A stretch of 64,000 nucleotides of DNA. Origin: Paludibacteraceae bacterium. Its GTDB lineage: Bacteria > Bacteroidota > Bacteroidia > Bacteroidales > Paludibacteraceae. A program made the translations under genes and the position numbers. The number at the start of each line of letters is the position of its first letter. Position 1 is the stretch's first letter. The stretch covers positions 2,425-66,424 of the forward strand of contig CAVGRN010000005.1 of NCBI GenBank assembly GCA_963631545.1, in the 5' to 3' direction. The notes under the pieces were generated by a model, which saw only the letters and a program-made list of their open reading frames with translations, did no database searches and was not told the DNA's origin. This document shows positions 29,052 through 38,514 of the stretch, piece by piece.

Positions 29052-29894
29052 ATGACTTTAGGAATCATAGGTTTGGGTCTGATTGGAGGCTCAATGGCGA
29101 TAGATTTGCGAAGAAACAAATTCGCAGACAAGATTATCGGTTGCGATAACTCAGAGTTGAACGCTGTAACTGCTCAGCGCATTGGCTTAGTGGATCAAAT
29201 CATGCCTTGCGATGAGTTGATTAAGCAGAGCGACTTAATCATTCTTTCCGTGCCAGTGAGTGCGGCAGTGAGAATGTTGTCCGATATTTTGGACAAAATC
29301 AATGATGATCAGGTAGTTGTAGACACTTGCTCAACTAAGGAGAAACTGAACGAGTCTGTTCATTATCATCCTAAACGGAAAAATTATGTCGCTTCGCACC
29401 CAATGGCGGGAACGGAGTTCAACGGTCCGTGGGCGGCTATCCCGAATCTTTTCGCGGGTCGCGCTGGTGTCATCTGCAATGCCGAGGATTCTGATTATAA
29501 AGCAGTGGAATTGGTCCGGAAAATGTACGACACGCTCAATATGCGCGTGATTTATATGCGCGCTGCGCACCATGACGTGCATACGGCGTATGTTTCGCAC
29601 ATCTCGCACGTTGTGTCTTTTGCCTTGGCGTTGACTGTCTTGGATAAGGAGAAGAACGAAAAAAACATCTTCGACCTTGCTTCTGGAGGTTTCACCTCAA
29701 CGGCTCGTTTGGCGAAGAGTAATGCGGATATGTGGGCGCCAATCTTCCTACAAAACAAAGAAAACGTGCTTTCTGTGCTGGATGCCTATATGGAGAAACT
29801 TGAACAGTTCAAAAAGGCGATAACGGAAAATGACGAAGCTGCACTCCATAGGTTGATTGATGATGCGAATCGTATTAAACGGATTTTAAGGTAG
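29052..29894 (+). CDS. tyrA: Prephenate dehydrogenase
   Basis: 280-aa ORF with a Rossmann motif (IIGLGLIGGSMA), the catalytic region SHPMAGTE, and ARLAKSNADMWAPI. Confidence 0.88.
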   Translation: MTLGIIGLGLIGGSMAIDLRRNKFADKIIGCDNSELNAVTAQRIGLVDQIMPCDELIKQSDLIILSVPVSAAVRMLSDILDKINDDQVVVDTCSTKEKLNESVHYHPKRKNYVASHPMAGTEFNGPWAAIPNLFAGRAGVICNAEDSDYKAVELVRKMYDTLNMRVIYMRAAHHDVHTAYVSHISHVVSFALALTVLDKEKNEKNIFDLASGGFTSTARLAKSNADMWAPIFLQNKENVLSVLDAYMEKLEQFKKAITENDEAALHRLIDDANRIKRILR

Positions 29895-29923
29895 TCGTAA
29901 CATTGGATATCCTGAGGCAACGT

Positions 29924-31225
29924 ATGGAAGAGGAAAATCGGATTTTCCAAGAATGGAAAGTCCGATTCTTTTCAATCTTTGCGATATTGTTGTGTTGTGC
30001 TTCGTCTTTCGCGCAGTCGGACAGCACACGGCGCATGTTCTCGTGGAATTTGCGTGCAGACTATGGCAAAGTGCTGCAGACCAACGATTTTGTGAAGGGC
30101 GGACATTTCAATCCGCAGACGCAGGAGTGGTCATACAGCGACGAACGAAAGGTGGAGAACTTTTCCGCCGTGGCTCTCCAATTTGAGTGGGGATTGAGAA
30201 AGAACGACTGGCGGCGCAATGCCTACCGAAATCCCTATTATGGAATCGCATTTTATAGGGCGGATTTTAAGGATGCCAGAGCAGGAAACCCTTTTTCGCT
30301 TTATTTCCTTTATGGTGCGGAAATATTCCAAATCCGCAGGTGGTTAACCTGGAATTACGAGTTCAACCTTGGCTATTCCTCCCATTGGAATCATTATGAT
30401 AAGTTTGATAATCCTGATAATGTGGCGATTGGCGGAAGTTCGACTGTGCACGTGGGGGTGGACACCTATCTCCAATTTCTGATTGCGAAGCATTGGGTGG
30501 CGAAATTGGGTGTCGCATTGACGCATTTTTCTAATGGTGCGATGAAGAACCCCAACCGCGGACTGAACCTTGCGTCGCCCTTTTTCTCCGTCGGCTATCG
30601 CATCAACGAAGACACGCTGACGGGATGTCAACGAATCAAACGCCCCCGCCAGCCGTACCGCATCGACCATGATTTCATCCTCACCGCCTCAATGCGACAT
30701 ATTTATTTTGTGGGAACAAACACAAGGTTGAAAACCGCATACGTTGATTATCCATTCCACGTCTATGCCTTCAGTTATGCGGCGATGTTCTCCAGAAGTT
30801 ACAAATACAAGTTCGGACCGAGCCTTGATTTTAAGTATGATGAGAGTATTGGGGCTAAGGCAGACTATGTCTACAACGATTATGACGAATACGAGTATAA
30901 CCGCGTATGGAAGGGGAAAGCCGCAGACAGATTTTCCTTGGGAATTTCTTTGAAAGGCGAAATCGTGATGCCGTATTTCTCGTTTTTCACCAATCTTGGC
31001 TATGAGTTTTGGCACAAAGACGAGCGGTCGAGCCGTTTCTACCAGCAATTAGGCATTAAAGTGCAGCCATACGGAAATATCTTTGGAATTGTAGGTATAC
31101 GCGCCAACTATTTCTCGAAAGCGCAGTACATTTGTTGGAGTGTTGGCTACACGCTGAAAGGCAAGGGTATACAGCAGAGGTTGTCAGAGAAGCGACAACA
31201 TAGCGAAACCTCCGAAAATTTTTAG
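29924..31225 (+). CDS. Acyloxyacyl hydrolase / PagL-like lipid A deacylase family outer-membrane protein
   Basis: Signal peptide FFSIFAILLCCASSFAQ, beta-barrel-like strand pattern, and THFSNG (the HxS catalytic dyad arrangement of the PagL family). ATG 29924 is preferred over the ORF-track TTG at 29903. Confidence 0.65.
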   Translation: MEEENRIFQEWKVRFFSIFAILLCCASSFAQSDSTRRMFSWNLRADYGKVLQTNDFVKGGHFNPQTQEWSYSDERKVENFSAVALQFEWGLRKNDWRRNAYRNPYYGIAFYRADFKDARAGNPFSLYFLYGAEIFQIRRWLTWNYEFNLGYSSHWNHYDKFDNPDNVAIGGSSTVHVGVDTYLQFLIAKHWVAKLGVALTHFSNGAMKNPNRGLNLASPFFSVGYRINEDTLTGCQRIKRPRQPYRIDHDFILTASMRHIYFVGTNTRLKTAYVDYPFHVYAFSYAAMFSRSYKYKFGPSLDFKYDESIGAKADYVYNDYDEYEYNRVWKGKAADRFSLGISLKGEIVMPYFSFFTNLGYEFWHKDERSSRFYQQLGIKVQPYGNIFGIVGIRANYFSKAQYICWSVGYTLKGKGIQQRLSEKRQHSETSENF

Positions 31226-31233
31226 TAAATTTG
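31226..31233 (+). promoter_or_regulatory. Candidate -7 box (TAAATTTG) for trpB2
   Basis: Exact TAnnTTTG immediately after the upstream stop codon, 40 nt before ATG 31273. Confidence 0.4.
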
Positions 31234-31272
31234 CCGGTAGAGATTGAAATTAGTAAAAACGATTATATCCAA

Positions 31273-32637
31273 ATGGAAAAGCAGAAAAGATTCTTTTTGC
31301 AGGAGAATGAAATTCCTGAATCTTGGTACAACATTGCGGCTGATATGAAAAACAAGCCGCTTCCGATGTTGAATCCGCAAACAAAGAAGCCACTCACGGT
31401 GGACGATATGACCCACATCTTCAACAAGGCTTGCTCCGAGCAAGAGCTGAATACCACCGATGCGTGGATTGAAATTCCTGACGAGGTGCGCAATCTGTAT
31501 AAAAACTATCGTTCCACCCCATTGGTACGCGCATACGGTTTAGAGAAAGCGTTGGATACCGACTGCCATATCTATTTCAAAAACGAGAGTGTTAGTCCGG
31601 TTGGCTCGCACAAACTGAACTCCGCTTTGGCTCAGGCCTACTATTGCAAGCAAGAAGGCGTAACCAACATCACCACCGAGACTGGTGCTGGGCAGTGGGG
31701 TGCGGCACTCTCATACGCTGCCAAGGCTTTCGGTTTGGAGTTGGCTGTGTTTATGGTGAAAGTAAGTTACCACCAAAAGCCTTACAGGCGTTCCATTATG
31801 CAGACATTTGGCGCACAGGTTATCGCTTCGCCAAGTATGAGTACCAAGGCTGGACGTAAAATCTTGACGGAAATGCCAAACTACCAAGGCAGTTTGGGAA
31901 CCGCTATCTCTGAGGCGGTGGAGTTGGCCATGCAGACGCCTAACTGCAAATATGTGTTAGGAAGTGTGTTGAACCACGTTACTCTGCACCAAACCGTTAT
32001 CGGTCTTGAGGCAGAAAAACAGATGGATATGGCAGGCGAGTACCCAGATATCGTTATCGGTTGCTTCGGTGGTGGATCAAATTTCGGTGGTATCTCGTTC
32101 CCATTCATGCGTCACAATATCAACGACGGAAAGAAAACTCTTTTCTACGCAGCCGAGCCTGCTTCCTGTCCTAAGCTGACGAGGGGCGTATTCCACTACG
32201 ACTATGGCGATGAGGCTGGCTACACTCCGCTCTTGCCGATGTTCACTTTGGGACACGATTTCCAACCGGCACATATCCACGCAGGCGGACTCCGTTACCA
32301 CGGTGCGGGTACAATCGTCAGCCAACTCATTAAAGATGGTATGATGAAGGGTGTGGATATCCCTCAATTGGAGTCGTTCCAGGCTGCAACCATCTTTGCA
32401 CAGAGCGAGGGAATCATTCCTGCTCCAGAGTCGGCACACGCAGTGGCTGCCACCATTCGCGAGGTGAAGAAAGCCAAGGAAGAGGGTGCAAAGAAGACTA
32501 TTCTCTTCAACCTATCTGGCCACGGCCTGATCGATATGACCGCATACGACCAGTTTATTGCCGGCGACCTCACCAATTACGAACTTCCAGACGAGGAAAT
32601 CAAGAAGAATGTGGCAAAATTGGAGAATTTGGTCTGA
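31273..32637 (+). CDS. TrpB-like PLP-dependent enzyme (tryptophan synthase beta chain 2 type)
   Basis: Start placed at MEKQKRFFLQENEIPESWYNI, a typical TrpB2 N-terminal extension. PLP-lysine region ESVSPVGSHKLNSA, CFGGGSNFGG and HAGGLRYHG are present. There is no trpA in the window. Confidence 0.88.
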   Translation: MEKQKRFFLQENEIPESWYNIAADMKNKPLPMLNPQTKKPLTVDDMTHIFNKACSEQELNTTDAWIEIPDEVRNLYKNYRSTPLVRAYGLEKALDTDCHIYFKNESVSPVGSHKLNSALAQAYYCKQEGVTNITTETGAGQWGAALSYAAKAFGLELAVFMVKVSYHQKPYRRSIMQTFGAQVIASPSMSTKAGRKILTEMPNYQGSLGTAISEAVELAMQTPNCKYVLGSVLNHVTLHQTVIGLEAEKQMDMAGEYPDIVIGCFGGGSNFGGISFPFMRHNINDGKKTLFYAAEPASCPKLTRGVFHYDYGDEAGYTPLLPMFTLGHDFQPAHIHAGGLRYHGAGTIVSQLIKDGMMKGVDIPQLESFQAATIFAQSEGIIPAPESAHAVAATIREVKKAKEEGAKKTILFNLSGHGLIDMTAYDQFIAGDLTNYELPDEEIKKNVAKLENLV

Positions 32638-32670
32638 GTTTTAAGTTAGACTGATATTGTTCTTTTTAAG

Positions 32671-32699
32671 AGTGCAGAGGATTTACCCCCTGCACTTTT
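32671..32699 (+). terminator. Intrinsic terminator after trpB2
   Basis: The stem agtgcagagg / cccctgcact has one mismatch and a 6-nt loop, and is followed by a T-run. Confidence 0.6.
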
Positions 32700-32734
32700 G
32701 CTTTTCTGATGTTTTATAGATGAAAGGATTTACC

Positions 32735-32742
32735 TACATTTG
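32735..32742 (+). promoter_or_regulatory. Candidate -7 box (TACATTTG) for the alpha-2-macroglobulin gene
   Basis: Exact TAnnTTTG, 28 nt upstream of ATG 32770. It lies inside the TTG-started ORF-track extension, which argues for the ATG start. Confidence 0.4.
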
Positions 32743-32769
32743 CGGAAACGTGATTTTCTACAGCGAGTT

Positions 32770-35700
32770 ATGAAAAAGACCTTTTTAATAACCTTAATTT
32801 CAATACTTATGTGTGGAGTTGTATCTTCTGTTTCTTCCTATAACTACGATTCCGAATGGAATGAGGTGGAAAAAATTGCAGACGAGAAACCAAAGTCTGC
32901 CTTGCAATTGATTGAAAAAATTCACGCTCAAGCCCAAAAAGAGGACAATGCACCGCAGCAATTGCGCTGTATCGTCAAAAAAGGTTTATTGCGCCAGAAT
33001 ATTGACGATGCCTCATTTATGGATTGCATAAAGGATTTGAGGATGTTTAGAGAAAAATGTAGGGAAGGCTCCGTTGCTGCGTCAATGGCACTCTATATTG
33101 AGGGAAGGATGTTGTCAAATTATTATAGTTCAAGAAGTTATGTGATTCGTCAACGGACAGATTTGGCAGATTCCATCCCCGAAGATATTGAGGAGTGGAC
33201 GGAAAATATTTTCCATAAAACCATAAAGGAAAAGATCGTCAAAGCCTTGTCTAACCAGAAGCTAAAGGAAACATCCGCTCGCGACTATGAGCCATTATTG
33301 GTTACTGGGGCGGATGGTGCGACATACCGCCCGACACTTTTCGACCTGATTGTGCAAGATTGCCGCGACAATAATCTTTCTCCCAATATTTTCTCCCGGC
33401 AGGAGTTGCTCGCCCTTTTGCAGGAAGCCATTGATTCACACAAGGATGACGAGGATAAGTGTGCATACACGCAGGCTTGCATCGATTGGATCAACTACAA
33501 CGATTTTTCTGATTTGGAAAATCAAAACCGTTTGGAGAATTTATTGAATGAGGTAAAAGACACGGAGGCTTCAATGTTGGTAAGGTCGGAACTTTGCAAA
33601 GTTTGGCTGCTTACATGTAGAAATTTAGATTATCAAAGCAATGAAAATATCAGCCTCGAGGCTATACCACAAAAATTGATTGATTGTGCTCAAACGGGCA
33701 TCAAAGAGTACCCAAGACATAAAATAGCAGACTATCTGAGGAAAGTGATAGAAGAAGTAAACGCACCGACTCTAAGAATGGAACTTTTGACAGAATATCC
33801 TGGCAAAGACGACACAATACGGCTGAAACTGTCGTATGCTAACGTCACTAACACACAGTTGACTATAAAACGTTATAAAAAATGTCTTCATAAGGTGAAC
33901 AGAAAAGACATCAAGGCAGATGAAACTCAGAAGATTTCGTTCCAATTGGAAAAATCAAACTATTTCATTCGGAAAGACACAATTGTGGAGTTGCCTCCAC
34001 TAAATTATGGGTCATACACTATTTCTTCCGATTTATCTGATGAGGTTTACCATCGACTGGAATTCCTGGTGACAGACCTTTTCTATCTACATACCGATGC
34101 CACTGGAAAGAAAAATAGAGACTTTATCCTGATGTCTTCCCAAACAGGAGCACCAAAAGAAAATGTTGAGGTTGTCCCATCCCAAAATTCGACAAGATAC
34201 AGTGCCAAACAGACGGACAAAAACGGATATGTCAGCATTGATTTAGGTGATAATGGCTATTCGTATAGTTGGTATTTTGATTTTATTGATGGTGAGGATA
34301 AATATCTATCTGAAGAAAATCATTATTTCTACGGAAAAAAAGAGAAGACAAATGTCTCGGACAATGAGGGCGAGTATTATTCAATTTTGACGGACCGTTC
34401 GATTTATCGTCCGGGGCAAACCATCCACTTTAAGGTCATCGCCTATAAATTGGGAGAGAAATCCTCGTCAACACTTGCTAAAAAGGAAATCCGTGTTGAA
34501 CTGTTAGATGCTAATCATCAATCTGTTAACGAGTTGGATCTTACTACCAATGATTTTGGTTCTGTTTCTTCGTCGTTCGTGTTGCCAGAGGGTGGCATGG
34601 CAGGAACTTATGCTCTAAGGGCGAATGGCAGGTCGCTCTGGGTGCAAGTGGAGGAGTACAAACGTCCCACTTTCGAGGTGGGGCTGACCGTACCACAAGA
34701 GGCATATGCGTTTGGCGACACTGTCCGGGTGTCGGGACGTGCCGATTATCTGATGGGCGCACCCGTATCAAATGCGACAATCTCGTACAAGGTGTTCCGC
34801 AAGCCGCTTTTCTTTTGGAACTATTATGAAAACCCCAACCAACAAACCACATTGGCACAAGGCGAAATGCAACTCTCCGAAGACGGCACATTCTCCATTC
34901 CTTTTTTTGCTCAAGGAGAAAATAATTCGGGGCGGAGATTCTTCTGCCGTTTCGTGGTTTCCGCCAAGGTGACGGATGCCAATGGCGAAACGCAGGAAAA
35001 TGAAATCTCCGTTTTTATCGGTGATGTTTCCCTCGCATTCTCATCCTCTTTGCAGAAACGTATGACGTTCAACGAGTTTTCTCAATCCAAATTTTCTGTA
35101 ATCAACGTAGAGAGCGTGGGCATCGCCAACCAGAAGGTAGACGTCAGGGTGCTGCAAGACAAAAAGGAAATCTATAACGGAACACGCAGATCCAAAGCAG
35201 ACGGATCGTTCTATTTAGACATGGCTGATGAAAAATGGATGTCCGGAGAATATGAAATCAGGCTCAAAACGTTGGACGACAAGAATCGGGTGGTAGAAGA
35301 CTCGTTCGAGGTGGTGCTTTATCGGGAGAGTGATCGTCGTCCTCCTGTTCAAACTGTTTTTTGGACTGAAAAATTGGGCGAGGCATCCGTAGACGTGGGC
35401 GAAACTCACGAGGTGCGGATTGGCTCGTCGTTGCCAACCGCCCATTTATTAGTGATTACCACCAATGCCAATGGCAAGGAAAACAGAGAATGGGTAACGT
35501 TGAACAACGAAATCAAGACTTTACCGTTTAAATTGAAAGAGAAAGACGGTGTTGAATTGCGCGTGGATTTCTACCTTGTGAGCCAAGGCAAATGCTACCA
35601 CGAGTCACTATTGCTGAAAAAGAAAATGGAAGAGAAGAAACTTCCAATCGTTTTGTCCACATTCCGCGACAAATTGCGTCCAGGCAGCAATGAAACGTGG

Positions 35701-38436
35701 ACTATCACCGTGCCAAAAGGAAAGGAAACTGAGGTGGTTGCCACAATGTACGATGCTTCATTAGACAAATTCTCAAAATTGGTTTGGAACTTCTCGCCAA
35801 TCTATCAAAAATACGTCGGCTTCAATCTTTGGAAAGAGGTCTCCATTCCGCATTACGGTTATAGATGTTCGTGGGTTAAGAATGTATACCCTTGTTTTAC
35901 ACTGCGTTATGATAGGTTGATTGATTTTCCAAGTGTTGATTACGGATTTGGACAAAATATGATTTGCTATGCGACGTGTAATGACGGAGCAAAGCATAAA
36001 TTAGCAAAGTTCAGAACATTAAACGTAGAGGTGGCTGAGGAAGAATCTATGGTGGCGGATGCCGCTCCGATGATGGCAAATCTGAGCTCTGCTTCCGCCG
36101 AGAACGCTGAGAAAGTGCCGCTTCACATCCGCACTAATTTTGCGGAAACGGCGTTCTTCTACCCACAACTCACAGCAGACACGGTCGGTAATGTCCAGTT
36201 CTCTTTCCAAGTGCCAGAGAGCCTGACTCGTTGGAACTTTATGGCGTTGGGGCATACCAAAGATTTGTTTTTTGGGTCTGCCTCAGCCACGGCGGTAACA
36301 CAAAAGGATTTTATGGTGTCGCCCAACCTTCCTCGTTTCCTGCGAAGAGGGGATGAAATGGCATTGACAGCCAAAGTTTTAAACCTTTCAGATAAAACAC
36401 AAAACGGCACGGCCACCGTTCAGTTGCTTGACCCATACACAGAGAATGTTGTGGCAGAAAATCATGCTTCATTCTCCGTCCCAGCCAATGGAAATACGGT
36501 TGTGTTGTGCAATTTCTCAATTCCAAGAGAATACGACATTCTGATAGTCAGGACAATAGCAAAAAACGATAACTTTTCGGATGCAGAACAGACATTGCTG
36601 CCTGTGCTTTCAGACCGCACTGTTCTGACGCAGTCCGTGCCGCTCTATGTGAGGGGTGGGCAAACCAAGACTTTCACGTTGGAGAGTCTGAAAAACAACC
36701 GGTCGGAAACTCTCTCCTCTCGGTTTTTGAAAATGGAACTGACAGCCAACCCAATATGGTATGCGGTGCAGGCACTTCCGTCTGTTGCAACTGTGGAGTA
36801 TGAAAATGCGGCAAGTTACGCTGCTGCGCATTTTGCCACGATGCTTGCCACTCACATCGCCCAGTCTAACCCGAAGATTTTCAACATCATCTCCATTTGG
36901 AAACAAAAAGGCGAAAGCGAAAAAACTTTGATATCCCAACTTGAGAAAAACAAAGAGGTGCAAGATATCCTCCTCAGTGAAACACCTTGGGTGTTGGACG
37001 CAAAAAATGAAACCGAGCAACGCCAGCGTCTTGCCACTTTGTTTAATTTGAATGATTTGAAGGGGAAAAGCGAACTTTGGACTTCCAATCTGAAGAAACT
37101 GCAAAATGAAAATGGTGCTTATACTTGGTTCAAAGGTATGTTGCCGAGTCGGCACATCTCTCTCTTTGTGTTGGATAATTTCGGCAGACTGCGCCAAGCC
37201 GGACTTGTTGACGAAAAGTTCTTGAAGAATATGAAAGTGTCTGCCACCCTGCGCTATTTAGATGAAGAATTGAAGCGCGATTACGAGAATTGGAAGAAAT
37301 ACGAGAAATCTGGCAGTGAGCCGCATATCTGGTCGGTGCAACTTTACTACTTTTATGTGCGTGGTATGTTCCCCAACATTCCCGTGCCGTCTTCCATAAA
37401 AACCGCATTTGACTTTTATTACAAACTAATTGGGAAACAATGGAAATCATTTTCACTCTACGATAAGGCGTTGGCTGCCGTAGTGTTGTACGAAAACGGC
37501 GACAAGAAAACCGCACTCAGAATTGTGGAGTCACTTCGCGAATATTCTACCACAACGGACGAACTGGGTATGTTTTGGGAAAAAAATACAGGCGGCTACT
37601 TGTGGCAGGATGCAGCCATCGGTACGCACACACGCATAATGGAGGCGTTTCAACTTATTGATCCGGAAAAAGAAGAGCAAGATGAACTTCGCCTTTGGCT
37701 GCTCAGCCAAAAACGCACGCAGAATTGGGACAATCTCATCGCCAACGTCGATGCGTTGAAGGTTCTCCTCTTATCTGGTTCAGATTGGCTGTCCGCTGAA
37801 AACAATGTTTCAGTGAGGTTGGGAGGCGAGTCTCTTCGTTTGGATCCTGAAATTGAAGGATTGGATTACTCTGCGGTGACCATTGACGGCGGGAAAATAA
37901 CACCTTCGATGGGTACGGTTGAGTTGACCAGCCAGCCTGGCGGCAACATCTCGTGGGGTGCACTTTATTGGCAGTATGAGGAGGAATTCATCAAACTTCC
38001 GAAGAATAAAACCGCCTTGCACATTGAACGGAGCGTGATGTTGGAGCAGAGTCAGAACGGCAAATCTGTTCTCAAAAGAATTGATGGAAAAACGAAACTT
38101 AGGGTGGGGGATAAGCTTGTGGTGCGCCTCACGCTACGCACTGATCGCGACTTGGATTATGTGTCGTTGCGCGACCAGCGCGCAAGTTGCTTAGAACCGA
38201 CCCAGCAGATTTCCGGCTACAAGTGCCAGCAAGGGACGTGCTTTTATCAATCACCGAAAGATGCCGCCATGTACTTCTTTTTCGATCATCTTGCCAAAGG
38301 AACCTATGTTTTTGAGTACCCACTTTGGATCACACATTCAGGAACATTCTCGGGTGGAGTTGCCACCGCCCAATGCCTTTATGCGCCAGAGTTCTCAACT
38401 AATTCTGATGGAGTAAAACTCGTTGTTGATAAGTAA
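32770..38436 (+). CDS. Alpha-2-macroglobulin family protein (bacterial MG-domain protein, no thioester motif)
   Basis: 1888 aa from MKKTFLITLISILMCG. MG-domain hallmarks: ILTDRSIYRPGQTIHFKVIAY, FVLPEGGMAGTYALRA, VEEYKRPTFEV, NFAETAFFYPQL, ESLTRWNFMALGHT. At the position where CxEQ is expected the sequence reads VATVEYENAASYAAAHF. Confidence 0.9.
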   Translation: MKKTFLITLISILMCGVVSSVSSYNYDSEWNEVEKIADEKPKSALQLIEKIHAQAQKEDNAPQQLRCIVKKGLLRQNIDDASFMDCIKDLRMFREKCREGSVAASMALYIEGRMLSNYYSSRSYVIRQRTDLADSIPEDIEEWTENIFHKTIKEKIVKALSNQKLKETSARDYEPLLVTGADGATYRPTLFDLIVQDCRDNNLSPNIFSRQELLALLQEAIDSHKDDEDKCAYTQACIDWINYNDFSDLENQNRLENLLNEVKDTEASMLVRSELCKVWLLTCRNLDYQSNENISLEAIPQKLIDCAQTGIKEYPRHKIADYLRKVIEEVNAPTLRMELLTEYPGKDDTIRLKLSYANVTNTQLTIKRYKKCLHKVNRKDIKADETQKISFQLEKSNYFIRKDTIVELPPLNYGSYTISSDLSDEVYHRLEFLVTDLFYLHTDATGKKNRDFILMSSQTGAPKENVEVVPSQNSTRYSAKQTDKNGYVSIDLGDNGYSYSWYFDFIDGEDKYLSEENHYFYGKKEKTNVSDNEGEYYSILTDRSIYRPGQTIHFKVIAYKLGEKSSSTLAKKEIRVELLDANHQSVNELDLTTNDFGSVSSSFVLPEGGMAGTYALRANGRSLWVQVEEYKRPTFEVGLTVPQEAYAFGDTVRVSGRADYLMGAPVSNATISYKVFRKPLFFWNYYENPNQQTTLAQGEMQLSEDGTFSIPFFAQGENNSGRRFFCRFVVSAKVTDANGETQENEISVFIGDVSLAFSSSLQKRMTFNEFSQSKFSVINVESVGIANQKVDVRVLQDKKEIYNGTRRSKADGSFYLDMADEKWMSGEYEIRLKTLDDKNRVVEDSFEVVLYRESDRRPPVQTVFWTEKLGEASVDVGETHEVRIGSSLPTAHLLVITTNANGKENREWVTLNNEIKTLPFKLKEKDGVELRVDFYLVSQGKCYHESLLLKKKMEEKKLPIVLSTFRDKLRPGSNETWTITVPKGKETEVVATMYDASLDKFSKLVWNFSPIYQKYVGFNLWKEVSIPHYGYRCSWVKNVYPCFTLRYDRLIDFPSVDYGFGQNMICYATCNDGAKHKLAKFRTLNVEVAEEESMVADAAPMMANLSSASAENAEKVPLHIRTNFAETAFFYPQLTADTVGNVQFSFQVPESLTRWNFMALGHTKDLFFGSASATAVTQKDFMVSPNLPRFLRRGDEMALTAKVLNLSDKTQNGTATVQLLDPYTENVVAENHASFSVPANGNTVVLCNFSIPREYDILIVRTIAKNDNFSDAEQTLLPVLSDRTVLTQSVPLYVRGGQTKTFTLESLKNNRSETLSSRFLKMELTANPIWYAVQALPSVATVEYENAASYAAAHFATMLATHIAQSNPKIFNIISIWKQKGESEKTLISQLEKNKEVQDILLSETPWVLDAKNETEQRQRLATLFNLNDLKGKSELWTSNLKKLQNENGAYTWFKGMLPSRHISLFVLDNFGRLRQAGLVDEKFLKNMKVSATLRYLDEELKRDYENWKKYEKSGSEPHIWSVQLYYFYVRGMFPNIPVPSSIKTAFDFYYKLIGKQWKSFSLYDKALAAVVLYENGDKKTALRIVESLREYSTTTDELGMFWEKNTGGYLWQDAAIGTHTRIMEAFQLIDPEKEEQDELRLWLLSQKRTQNWDNLIANVDALKVLLLSGSDWLSAENNVSVRLGGESLRLDPEIEGLDYSAVTIDGGKITPSMGTVELTSQPGGNISWGALYWQYEEEFIKLPKNKTALHIERSVMLEQSQNGKSVLKRIDGKTKLRVGDKLVVRLTLRTDRDLDYVSLRDQRASCLEPTQQISGYKCQQGTCFYQSPKDAAMYFFFDHLAKGTYVFEYPLWITHSGTFSGGVATAQCLYAPEFSTNSDGVKLVVDK

Positions 38437-38514
38437 TCGGTTTTTAGAAACCACAAAACAGTAATATTAGTTAAAAAAAAAACTAATTTCGCGATAGAGT
38501 ATAAAAAACATAAT

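Noticed and set aside
32677-32733. 10-nt direct repeat aggatttacc (32677-32686 and 32724-32733) upstream of the A2M gene
   Set aside because: The first copy is part of the trpB2 terminator loop. Two copies of a 10-mer within 60 nt is mildly unusual, but there is no palindromic or phased structure, so I treated it as chance.
36610-37197. 195-aa minus-strand ORF inside the A2M gene
   Set aside because: It is antisense to a continuous 1888-codon reading frame with clear MG-domain motifs. It is a shadow ORF.
32770-38436. Search for a CxEQ thioester motif in the A2M homolog (SCLEPTQQ near the C-terminus looked similar)
   Set aside because: SCLEPTQQ is CLEP rather than CLEQ, and it lies in the C-terminal receptor-binding-like domain, far from the thioester-domain position. 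It is not a thioester site.
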